Part shown: positions 10,064-18,432 of the stretch, piece after piece
How positions within the stretch are numbered: position 1 is the stretch's first letter
Layout: each line of letters opens with the position of its first letter
Origin: Mariprofundaceae bacterium
Lineage (GTDB): Bacteria > Pseudomonadota > Zetaproteobacteria > Mariprofundales > Mariprofundaceae
Assembly (NCBI GenBank): GCA_015663235.1
Contig: DQSL01000126.1
Coordinates: 1 to 49,196 of the forward strand
DNA length: 49,196 nt
Reading direction: 5' to 3'
Notes under the pieces: model-generated
Databases searched by the model: none
What the model was told of the DNA's origin: nothing
The model's input: the letters and a program-made list of their open reading frames with translations, nothing else
Program-made: the position numbers and the translations under genes

Positions 10064-10645
10064 ATGACTGAGTTTGGAATTATTTTACTTTCCGCTGTAT
10101 TGGTGAACAATTATGTGCTCACCAAATTCTTAGGTATTTGCCCATTTTTGGGTGTATCCACCAAGTTGGAGACTGCCATCGGCATGTCTTTTGCGGTGAT
10201 GTTTGTGATGACTTTGGCTTCAACAGCTTCTTGGATTATTCAACAGCTTATTCTTATTCCGTTTGATATTTTATATCTGCAAACGGTTTTTTTCATCTTA
10301 ATTATTGCAGCCTTGGTGCAGTTTGTGGAGCTTGTAATGCATAAAACAAGCCCCGTTTTGTATCAAGGGCTAGGCATATTTTTACCCTTAATCACTACCA
10401 ACTGTGCAGTGTTGGGCGTGGCTATTTTGAATGTTCAGCAAGACTATTCGTTTTTTGCATCGGTACTGTATGGTTTTGGTGCGGCATTGGGTTTTGGTTT
10501 GGTATTGGTATTGTTCTCTGGGCTGCGTGAACGCTTGGAAGCAGCACCCATTCCTGAAGTGTTTAAAGGTTCACCCATTGCTTTGATTACCGCAGGCATG
10601 ATGGCACTTGCCTTCATGGGTTTTGCTGGTTTGGTGAAGGTTTAG
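10064..10645 (+). CDS. rnfA: Rnf/Rsx electron transport complex subunit A
   Basis: [46 protein letters not shown]. Confidence 0.97.
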   Translation: MTEFGIILLSAVLVNNYVLTKFLGICPFLGVSTKLETAIGMSFAVMFVMTLASTASWIIQQLILIPFDILYLQTVFFILIIAALVQFVELVMHKTSPVLYQGLGIFLPLITTNCAVLGVAILNVQQDYSFFASVLYGFGAALGFGLVLVLFSGLRERLEAAPIPEVFKGSPIALITAGMMALAFMGFAGLVKV

Positions 10646-10647
10646 TT

Positions 10648-11229
10648 TTGGAGTTTTTATACCCTGTATTTATTTTTGCGGCGCTGGCGCTGGTGATTGG
10701 CGTGGGTTTGGCGCTTGCGTCTCGCTATTTTCATGTGGAAGGCGACCCTTTGGCAGATACAATTGATGCGCTATTGCCGCAAACCCAATGTGGGCAGTGT
10801 GGTTACCCTGGTTGTAGACCTTACGCCAATGCAGTAGCTGCGGATGAAGTATCTGTTAATCACTGTGTACCGGGTGGTGAGCGCACCATGTTACAAATTG
10901 CAAACATTATGGGCGTTGAACCCAAGGCGATTGAAGAAGAAGAGACCGTGCCTGTTGTTGCCTATATTCGAGAAGACGAGTGTATTGGTTGCACGCTTTG
11001 CATCAAGGCTTGCCCTGTGGATTGCATTATTGGTGCGCCCAAACAATACCACACCATTGTTACAGACCATTGTACGGGATGCACATTATGCCTAGAACCT
11101 TGCCCTGTAGATTGCATTGATATGGTGGAAACACCTGAGCTTTTGGAACATTGGTCTTGGCCTGTGCCAGGCACAAAACGCGCCATCAAGGCTGAAACGC
11201 GAAAAGCGAACCACGAAGGTGAATCATGA
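10648..11229 (+). CDS. rnfB: Rnf complex subunit B (Fe-S)
   Basis: N-terminal TM, LPQTQCGQCGYPGC, CVPGG, CIGCTLCIKACP and CTGCTLCLEPCP ferredoxin motifs; TTG start. Confidence 0.97.
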   Translation: MEFLYPVFIFAALALVIGVGLALASRYFHVEGDPLADTIDALLPQTQCGQCGYPGCRPYANAVAADEVSVNHCVPGGERTMLQIANIMGVEPKAIEEEETVPVVAYIREDECIGCTLCIKACPVDCIIGAPKQYHTIVTDHCTGCTLCLEPCPVDCIDMVETPELLEHWSWPVPGTKRAIKAETRKANHEGES

Positions 11230-11238
11230 AGGTGAACC

Positions 11239-12888
11239 ATGTTTGATATTTGGCATAAAATTCAACAAACCTTACATATAAACACTACGTCTGGTTTTAC
11301 GGGCGGGTTGGTACACAATAATCAGTATAAGCTGACGGGTGGTTACCCCATTGTGGCTTGCCCTATGCCTGAGCTTTTGATGCACCCGATTAAACAACAT
11401 ATTGGCGACCCGTGCGAACCGATTGTTGTTGTGGGTGAGCGCGTGCTTAAAGGGCAGGTGATTGCCAAAGCACAAGGCTACCTTTCTGTGCCCATCCATG
11501 CTTCAACATCGGGTACGGTTGAGAAAATTGGTGAACACGCTATCCCCCATCCTTCTGGTTTGGGAATGACATCCATATTCATCAAACCTGATGGTTTGGA
11601 TGAAGTGGATGAATCGTTGCACCCGTTACCAAACTATCGAAGTGTGGATGTTGTGGAGCTTAGAGAACGTATTCGACACGCTGGGCTTGCAGGTTTGGGT
11701 GGCGCAGTTTTTCCAACCTTTATCAAGCTTGTGCATGACCAAAAACATCCTATTGAAACAGTGGTTCTCAATGGTATTGAGTGCGAACCGTGGCTCACTT
11801 GCGACCATCAGTTGATGCTTGAAAAAGCGCACGAAATCATCAGTGGTTTGGATATTATCATGCATTTGGTTGAAGCAAATGAAGGTATTATTGCGATTGA
11901 AGACAATAAACCGGATGCGATTGTCGTAGTGCGCAAAACATTGGTAGATATGGGGTTTGGCGAGCATATTCGGGTCAAAGTGTTGCCCACGATTTACCCG
12001 CAAGGTGGTGAAAAACAACTGATTCAATCGGTGACAGGCAAAGAAGTGCCTGCGGGTAGTTTGCCGCTACATATTGGTGTGTTATCGACCAATGTGGGTA
12101 CAAGCAAAGCCATTTATGATGCTGTATGTTTGGGTGAGCCGCTAACTGAGCGTGTGGTCACGGTCAGTGGTGATGCGGTATCAAATCCCACCAATATGTT
12201 GGTGCGGCTTGGCACAAGTGTTCAATTCTTGTTAAAACAAGTGGGTGTTGAAAGCTTTGAGGACTTAAAAATTATCCACGGTGGCCCTATGATGGGTGAG
12301 CTTTTAACAGACGTTGGCGTGCCTGTTGTGAAAGCAAGCAACGGTATTTTGGCTATGCATAGACCAACAATCATGCGTGCGCATCATGATGAAGAGCCTT
12401 GCATTCGTTGTGGTGACTGCGGCGAAGTTTGTCCTGCGGGTTTGATGCCCAACCTTTTGGCGCAGCATTGCAAAGAAGATCAGTTTGAACGCGCCCAAGA
12501 CTATAATTTGTTCGATTGTATCGAATGCGGTGCTTGCAGTTATGTTTGCCCATCGCATATCCCTTTGGTGCATTATTTTCGTTATGGTAAAGGGCAGGTT
12601 TCACAAATTCAGCGTGAGAAAACATTTGCTGAAGAGTCGCGCCAACGCTCTGAAAAACGTGATGCACGTTTAGCTCAAGAGTTGGCTGAGAAAGAAGAAA
12701 AGCGGCGCGTAGCGAAAGAAAAGAAAGAAGCTCGCGCAAAGGCATTGGCTGAAAAAGAAGCTGCGAGCCAAGCCGCAGAAGTTGCTGTTGATGATGCAAC
12801 ACAAGATGTGTCTGTTGCTAAACCTAGCTTAGACAATAAAGCGGATGTTAACCAACAAGATGATAAAAAAGCGGAGGATAAAGCATGA
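11239..12888 (+). CDS. rnfC: Rnf complex subunit C
   Basis: QHIG, PIHASTSG, GLGGAVFPT, NGIECEPWLTCD, YPQGGEKQLI, GGPMMG, CIRCGDCGEVCP, CIECGACSYVCP. Confidence 0.97.
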   Translation: MFDIWHKIQQTLHINTTSGFTGGLVHNNQYKLTGGYPIVACPMPELLMHPIKQHIGDPCEPIVVVGERVLKGQVIAKAQGYLSVPIHASTSGTVEKIGEHAIPHPSGLGMTSIFIKPDGLDEVDESLHPLPNYRSVDVVELRERIRHAGLAGLGGAVFPTFIKLVHDQKHPIETVVLNGIECEPWLTCDHQLMLEKAHEIISGLDIIMHLVEANEGIIAIEDNKPDAIVVVRKTLVDMGFGEHIRVKVLPTIYPQGGEKQLIQSVTGKEVPAGSLPLHIGVLSTNVGTSKAIYDAVCLGEPLTERVVTVSGDAVSNPTNMLVRLGTSVQFLLKQVGVESFEDLKIIHGGPMMGELLTDVGVPVVKASNGILAMHRPTIMRAHHDEEPCIRCGDCGEVCPAGLMPNLLAQHCKEDQFERAQDYNLFDCIECGACSYVCPSHIPLVHYFRYGKGQVSQIQREKTFAEESRQRSEKRDARLAQELAEKEEKRRVAKEKKEARAKALAEKEAASQAAEVAVDDATQDVSVAKPSLDNKADVNQQDDKKAEDKA

Positions 12889-13952
12889 TTTTCTTAAGCT
12901 CTCCGCATATGCATGGTGGCAACAGCATACAATTGACGATGTTCTCGGTGATTATTGCCTTGCTTCCAGCGGCAATGGTCAGCGTGTATTTGTATGGTTG
13001 GTTGGCAGTTTTTCTGCTCACCACATGTATTGGTATCAGTCTTTTAACCGAATACTGGATGTTGCGCTGGATGGGCAAACCCACCAAACCTGTGTGGGAT
13101 GGTTCTGCGGGTTTAACGGGGTTGTTGTTGGCGCTTATTTTGCCTGCGGCAGTGCCGTGGTGGATGGCAATCTTTGCTGCGGTGTTTGCGATTATGTTGG
13201 GCAAGCAGTTGTATGGTGGTTTGGGGCACAATCCATTTAACCCTGCGCTTGCTGCGCGTGTGGTGTTGTTGATTTCATTTCCGCTACACATGACCTCGTG
13301 GATTGTGCCCATGCATATGGATGCAAGCTTGGATATGTATGGTTTTGTGACCAGCCTCAAGTTCTTCTTTTTGGGCCCTGAAGCGGTCAAACAAACATGG
13401 GATGCCATCACAATGGCAAGCCCGTTGGGTTATCTAAAAACAGAGCTTGGGCAAGGCGTCACTGTCTCGCAAGCCTTGGTCAACTACAATTATTCCACGC
13501 TTCATGCCTTTATTGGCAGGGAAGCAGGAAGTTTAGGTGAAGGCAGTGCGCTTGCCTTGTTGATGGGTGGCATTTGGTTGATGGCAAGGCACACTATTTC
13601 TTGGCATATTCCTATTTCGTTCATTGGCACAGTCGCAGTATTGGCTGCATTGTTTAACTTGATTAATCCTGATGCCTACGCCCCACCCATGTTTCATGTG
13701 CTGGCTGGCGGCTTGATATTGTGTGCGTTTTTTATGGCAACCGACCCTGTTTCTTCGCCTTCTTCAAGTATCGGCAAGATTGTATTTGGTGTGGGTTGCG
13801 GTGTGCTCACATGGGTGATTCGCACCTACGGCAACTATCCAGAGGGTGCGATGTTTGCCGTGGTTTTGATGAATATGGCAACACCACTCATTGATTATTA
13901 TGTGCGCCCAAGGGTGTATGGTTACAAGCGTGGTAAACAACATGAGCTTTAG
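12885..13952 (+). CDS. rnfD: Rnf complex subunit D
   Basis: SSPH, KQLYGGLGHNPFNPA, GSLGE, FFMATDPVS, YPEG, PRVYG; ATGA overlap with rnfC. Confidence 0.97.
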   Translation: MIFLSSPHMHGGNSIQLTMFSVIIALLPAAMVSVYLYGWLAVFLLTTCIGISLLTEYWMLRWMGKPTKPVWDGSAGLTGLLLALILPAAVPWWMAIFAAVFAIMLGKQLYGGLGHNPFNPALAARVVLLISFPLHMTSWIVPMHMDASLDMYGFVTSLKFFFLGPEAVKQTWDAITMASPLGYLKTELGQGVTVSQALVNYNYSTLHAFIGREAGSLGEGSALALLMGGIWLMARHTISWHIPISFIGTVAVLAALFNLINPDAYAPPMFHVLAGGLILCAFFMATDPVSSPSSSIGKIVFGVGCGVLTWVIRTYGNYPEGAMFAVVLMNMATPLIDYYVRPRVYGYKRGKQHEL

Positions 13953-14574
13953 CAAAGAGCAGCAAAAAATTGCGTTAACGCTATTTGTGGTGGCGCTGGT
14001 GGCGGCAACTATGTTGGCATTTGTTGATAAATTAACCCAAGCCCCGATTGCCGAAGCGCAGCGTGCAACCTTGCATAAAAACATCAAACAAGTATTGCCA
14101 GCTCACGCCAACGACCCGATTCGGGATATGTTTGTTTACCCTGTGTCTGCGGATGAGAACTTACAAGTATTTCTCGCCAAAGATAAGCAGGGTGATGTGA
14201 TTGCTTATGCATGGGAGCAGGTTGCGCCTGATGGTTATTCGGGAAGCATTCGAATTTTGATGGGCATGTATGTTTCGGGTGAAGTGGTGGCAATTCGGGT
14301 GACTGACCACAGAGAAACGCCAGGTTTGGGCGATTGGATTACCAAAGATATGAAGTGGTTGGATAGTTTTGTGGGTAAAACATTGGCAAATGCCCAGTGG
14401 TTGGTAAAAAAAGATGGTGGTGACTTTGACCAATTTACAGGCGCAACCATCACGCCGCGTGCCGTGGTGAAAGCTGTGCATCAAGGTTTATTGTTTTATA
14501 AGAATAGCCAAGCTGACTTGTTGAAAAGAGCGTATGCACCGCCTGCGAAACAAGCGGTAGAAGGAGGCAAATAA
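13942..14574 (+). CDS. rnfG: Rnf complex subunit G
   Basis: N-terminal TM, APDGYSGSI, HRETPGLGD, DQFTGATITPRAV FMN-binding motif; ATG 13942 overlaps rnfD end. Confidence 0.95.
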   Translation: MSFSKEQQKIALTLFVVALVAATMLAFVDKLTQAPIAEAQRATLHKNIKQVLPAHANDPIRDMFVYPVSADENLQVFLAKDKQGDVIAYAWEQVAPDGYSGSIRILMGMYVSGEVVAIRVTDHRETPGLGDWITKDMKWLDSFVGKTLANAQWLVKKDGGDFDQFTGATITPRAVVKAVHQGLLFYKNSQADLLKRAYAPPAKQAVEGGK

Positions 14575-14576
14575 TC

Positions 14577-15236
14577 ATGACAACTTTGGATGATACGCCG
14601 AACAAACAAGAGATTTTTGCCGATGGATTTTGGCATAACAATGCGATTTTCGCCCAACTTTTGGGCATGTGTCCGCTTTTGGGTGTGACGACCAATGCGG
14701 AGAACGGTTTTTGGATGGGTTTGGCAACATTATTGGTGTTGATTGGCTCGAATTTAATTGTTTCTTTGGTGCGTGGTTTGATTCCTGATGAAGTGCGCAT
14801 TCCTGCATATATTGTAATTATTGCATCGTTGGTGACGGTGGTTGAGCTGACCATGAATGCTTGGATGCATGAAATGTATTTGATATTGGGTTTGTTTATT
14901 CCGTTGATTGTGGTGAATTGTGCGATTTTGGGCAGAGCAGAAGCTTTTGCCAGTAAAAACACGGTTACCAACTCATTGGTAGATGCGGTGGCGATGGGGC
15001 TTGGTTTTACCTTTGCCTTGCTACTGCTTGGTGGGGTGCGTGAGTTATTGGGGCAGGGTGAACTGTTTGGTTTTGATATATTTGGCAGCAGCTATCCTGA
15101 TGTGTTGTTATTTATTTTGCCGCCAGGTGCATTTATTGCGCTTGGCTTTATTTTGGCAGGTGTGAACCTTGTGAATATTCGCATGAAAAAGAGAAAAGAA
15201 GCTTTGGCTGTCCAACAAGCTGAGGCGGCAAGCTGA
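14577..15236 (+). CDS. rnfE: Rnf complex subunit E
   Basis: LLGMCPLLGVT, VRIP, FIPLIVVNCAILGRAEAFA, LPPGAF; GGAGG SD. Confidence 0.97.
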   Translation: MTTLDDTPNKQEIFADGFWHNNAIFAQLLGMCPLLGVTTNAENGFWMGLATLLVLIGSNLIVSLVRGLIPDEVRIPAYIVIIASLVTVVELTMNAWMHEMYLILGLFIPLIVVNCAILGRAEAFASKNTVTNSLVDAVAMGLGFTFALLLLGGVRELLGQGELFGFDIFGSSYPDVLLFILPPGAFIALGFILAGVNLVNIRMKKRKEALAVQQAEAAS

Positions 15237-15385
15237 TGGAATGGTTATTGTGGTTGTTGCTCATTCCAGGCTGTTGGTTTTTATGGTGGATTGGTTTTGT
15301 GTCTACCAAACGGATGCGCATTGATATGAATCGAGAGCGCGAAGAAAAAGCCAAAAAAGTCGGCATTACATTGCCAAAAGTTTAA
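15236..15385 (+). CDS. Small single-pass membrane protein, 49 aa (MEWLLWLLLIPGCWFLWWIGFVSTKRMRIDMNREREEKAKKVGITLPKV); not in ORF track
   Basis: TGATG overlap with rnfE stop, GAGG upstream, fills the rnfE-dppD gap, hydrophobic Trp-rich N-half and charged C-half; TAA 15383-15385. Confidence 0.65.
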   Translation: MEWLLWLLLIPGCWFLWWIGFVSTKRMRIDMNREREEKAKKVGITLPKV

Positions 15386-15391
15386 GCCACC

Positions 15392-16354
15392 ATGTTAGAG
15401 ATTCGTAACCTTTCCCTTTCTATTCCTGTTGGTGGTGAACATATATTGGCTGTGTCTGACTTATCTGTCAGCTTAAAAGCAGGCAAAGTTTTGGCTCTGG
15501 TCGGGGAATCGGGGTGCGGGAAAAGTTTAACCGCGCAAAGTTTACTTCGTCTTGGTGAATTTCAAGGTGTGAACAAAGAAACAGGCGATATTTTGCTGCA
15601 TGGGCAAAGTCTATTTGATGTATCATCCGAAGCCTTGCGCAAGATTCGTGGTGGTGTGATTTCCATGATTTTCCAAGAACCGATGACTGCGCTCAACCCT
15701 GTGTTTACCATTGGCAGTCAAGTTTTAGAAGTGATTCATCTGCATACCGACTTGGATAAATCAACAGCCAAACAACGCGCATTATCATTGCTCGCCGATG
15801 TAGGTTTACAAGATGGCGAAGCCTTGATGCAGCAATACCCTGATAGCTTGTCGGGTGGTATGCGGCAGCGGGTGTTGATTGCCATGGCGATGGCGGGTGA
15901 GCCTGAATTTATCATTGCCGATGAACCTACCACGGCACTAGATGTGTCAGTACAAAAGCGCATCATTGCTTTGTTGCGCAGCCTGCAAGGGGATAAAGGT
16001 TTGGGCATGTTGTTGGTCACCCATGATTTTGGGCTTGTGGCTGAAATGGCGGATGAAGTTGCGGTGATGTATGCAGGTGAAATTGTTGAATATGCCAGTG
16101 TCACCGATATTTTTGATAAACCTTCTCATCCTTATACCAAAGCTTTGATGCATTGCCGCCCAGAATTGACCAAAGATGGCAAGTTGGCTGTGATTGCTGG
16201 TAATGTGCCTAGCCCTGGTGATTGGGCGCAAGGTTGCAGGTTTGCGCCGCGTTGCGATTTGGCAACAGCAACATGTTCAGCGGCGGCTGTTAGCCTTGAT
16301 GCTTGGCAAGATGGCGCACATCAAGCGCGATGTCTTCGTGTGGGTGAATCATGA
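15392..16354 (+). CDS. Oligopeptide/dipeptide ABC transporter ATP-binding subunit (DppD/OppD-like)
   Basis: GESGCGKS, IFQEPMTALNP, LSGGMRQR, ADEPTTALD, HPYT, C-terminal CRFAPRC. Confidence 0.92.
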   Translation: MLEIRNLSLSIPVGGEHILAVSDLSVSLKAGKVLALVGESGCGKSLTAQSLLRLGEFQGVNKETGDILLHGQSLFDVSSEALRKIRGGVISMIFQEPMTALNPVFTIGSQVLEVIHLHTDLDKSTAKQRALSLLADVGLQDGEALMQQYPDSLSGGMRQRVLIAMAMAGEPEFIIADEPTTALDVSVQKRIIALLRSLQGDKGLGMLLVTHDFGLVAEMADEVAVMYAGEIVEYASVTDIFDKPSHPYTKALMHCRPELTKDGKLAVIAGNVPSPGDWAQGCRFAPRCDLATATCSAAAVSLDAWQDGAHQARCLRVGES

Positions 16355-17298
16355 GCAGTAAAGTGAGTGTGTTACGTGTTTCGCAACTTCGCAAAGCCTT
16401 CAAAGGCGGCGGTTTTCTGCAAAAAAGGCAGGAGAAGATTGCGGTCAATGATTTAAGCTTTGATTTAAACAAGGGCGAGACACTTGCCATTGTTGGTGAA
16501 TCAGGCAGCGGTAAATCAACCACAGCAAGGCTTGCCATGCGTTTGCTTGATTTGGATGCTGGGCAGGTGGTTTGGGGCGATAACAATGTCACCACGCTTG
16601 CTGGCAAAACGTTAAGAGAAAAACGCAAACATATTCAGATGGTATTTCAAGATCCATTTGCCTCACTTAATCCCAAGATGAAAATCGTGGATACGGTGGG
16701 TGAAGGTTTAAAAGTTCACAACCCAAGTTTAAGCAAAGAACAGCGGCGCATTCAAGTTGCGGAAACGCTGCAACTGTGTGGTTTGGGTGCAGAAGTGTTG
16801 GATAGGTATCCGCATCAGTTTTCAGGCGGTCAGCGCCAACGTGTGGGCATTGCCAGAGCATTGATTGTAGAGCCTGAAGTATTGGTGTTGGATGAGCCTG
16901 TATCGGCTTTGGATGTATCGGTGCAAGCGCAGATTTTGAACCTTTTGCAGCAGTTGCAAGCCGACAAAGGTTTGGCATATTTGTTTATTTCACATGATTT
17001 ATCGGTGGTGCAACATATTGCTGATAAAGTGATGGTGATGTTTGCAGGTTTTGTGGTGGAAGAAGGCGCGATTGCAGATGTATTTAACCATCCCAAACAC
17101 CCTTACACCAAAGCATTATTGGATGCCCGACCCATTGCTCATCCCAATCAACGCAAGGGTTTACAAGATATACAAGCCGATGAAGGCGTGGCGAGTGAAG
17201 GTTGCGCTTTTGCTTTGCGTTGTCCATTTGCGAAAGATGATTGTAAGTCGTTTGATATGCAGGCAAAAGATGGTGTGGCTTGTTTGTACCCACTTTAG
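16351..17298 (+). CDS. Oligopeptide/dipeptide ABC transporter ATP-binding subunit (DppF/OppF-like)
   Basis: GESGSGKS, VFQDPFASLNP, YPHQFSGGQRQR, DEPVSALD, HPYT, CAFALRC; ATGA overlap. Confidence 0.92.
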   Translation: MSSKVSVLRVSQLRKAFKGGGFLQKRQEKIAVNDLSFDLNKGETLAIVGESGSGKSTTARLAMRLLDLDAGQVVWGDNNVTTLAGKTLREKRKHIQMVFQDPFASLNPKMKIVDTVGEGLKVHNPSLSKEQRRIQVAETLQLCGLGAEVLDRYPHQFSGGQRQRVGIARALIVEPEVLVLDEPVSALDVSVQAQILNLLQQLQADKGLAYLFISHDLSVVQHIADKVMVMFAGFVVEEGAIADVFNHPKHPYTKALLDARPIAHPNQRKGLQDIQADEGVASEGCAFALRCPFAKDDCKSFDMQAKDGVACLYPL

Positions 17299-17331
17299 GG
17301 CGAGGCTTGCCCTGAGGGACATGGATGTCCC
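17297..17331. repeat. Two adjacent short palindromes (AGGGCGAGGCTTGCCCT; GGGACAT-GG-ATGTCCC), REP-like
   Basis: Perfect 7-bp inverted repeat 17316-17331 next to an imperfect one 17297-17313; no U-tract. Confidence 0.55.
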
Positions 17332-17343
17332 GAATCAAAAAGC

Positions 17344-17457
17344 ACCCTTTATAAGCTGCTTATTTCCAATATATCAGTCCAAAGCGGGCGCAAAATAAGT
17401 AAATTTTGCTTTATCCCTTTTTTGAATAGCTATATTGGCGCAGCTTAACAAAAGGGT
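17344..17457. repeat. Long imperfect inverted repeat (~114 nt hairpin)
   Basis: Nested pairs ACCCTTT/AAAGGGT, TAAGCTGC/GCAGCTTA, CCAATATA/TATATTGG, GCAAAAT/ATTTTGC. Confidence 0.75.
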
Positions 17458-17466
17458 ACAGTTGCT

Positions 17467-17493
17467 TGTTATTTCGACCGTAGTGGAGAAATC
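17467..17493 (+). repeat. Short REP-like palindrome TGTTATTTCGACCGTAGTGGAGAAATC
   Basis: ATTTC/GAAAT stem; resembles, from memory, GTCATTTCGACC...GGAGAAATC intergenic repeats. Confidence 0.45.
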
Positions 17494-17514
17494 TAAACGT
17501 AGGAGAAACATACT

Positions 17515-18432
17515 TTGGAAGTATCAGCTTTAATCAAACGCGTAGCGCGTGGTAAACATGGCTCAGAGCATTTAAACCAAGACGAAGCCAAGTTTGTATT
17601 CTCTGAATTGTTAAACCCACAAGCTGATGAATTGCAGGTGGGTGCATTTTTGATTGCCCAACGCATGAAAGGTGAAACATCTGCCGAGCTTGCAGGGTTT
17701 GTCCAAGCCACCAGAGAACATATTTCTCATTTTAATCAAACCATTGCCCCGCAAGGTGCAGTGGATTTACCCTGTTATGCAGGCAAACGCCGTGCTGCAC
17801 ATGCTTATTTGATTGCAGCCTTGGAAGCGCGGGATAAAGGCATTCCCATCTTTGTGCATGGTGTGTCCAACATCGCAGGCAGGGTCACAGCTTGGCAGGT
17901 CTTACAAACCGCAGGCATCAAATCAGCAACGGCTTTATTCGAAGCCAAAAACATCATGGATGGTGAAGGTATGGTGTATATGGACTTAAACGATGTATGC
18001 CCAGATTTAAGTCGGATTTATCATTTGCGTGATAGATTAGGTGTGCGCTCCTTTGCCAATACCGTGGCACGGTTAATCAATCCCATGCAATGCGACAAAC
18101 AACTCAACGGTTTTTTTCATACGCCGTATGCCGAATATATGGCGCAAGCCAATGTGTTGCTTGGGCAGAAGGAATCCTTGATTTTTATGGGTGCAGAGGG
18201 TGATCCAGAGCTTTATGCGGATAGGCAGAAAGTAGTCAATCGGCAAGTGGGTGAGTTGGTTGAACAAGTGAAGTTTGAAGATTGTGGATGTGAGACTTAT
18301 CCCAAGCAGGGCGTGGAAGATTTGCAACAAATCTATGATGATTTTCAGCGTATGCTAAATGGCGACAGAACAGAACGGGAGCAGGCTACGATTGAAAGGG
18401 TAAATAGTAGTTTTAATGGAGAAGGGTTATGA
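17515..18432 (+). CDS. YbiB-like protein (anthranilate phosphoribosyltransferase / glycosyl transferase family 3 fold)
   Basis: IKRVARGKHGSEHL, VGAFLIAQRMKGETSAELAGF, DLPCYAGKRR, RDRLGVRSFANTVARLINP; AGGAG SD with TTG start. Confidence 0.8.
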   Translation: MEVSALIKRVARGKHGSEHLNQDEAKFVFSELLNPQADELQVGAFLIAQRMKGETSAELAGFVQATREHISHFNQTIAPQGAVDLPCYAGKRRAAHAYLIAALEARDKGIPIFVHGVSNIAGRVTAWQVLQTAGIKSATALFEAKNIMDGEGMVYMDLNDVCPDLSRIYHLRDRLGVRSFANTVARLINPMQCDKQLNGFFHTPYAEYMAQANVLLGQKESLIFMGAEGDPELYADRQKVVNRQVGELVEQVKFEDCGCETYPKQGVEDLQQIYDDFQRMLNGDRTEREQATIERVNSSFNGEGL

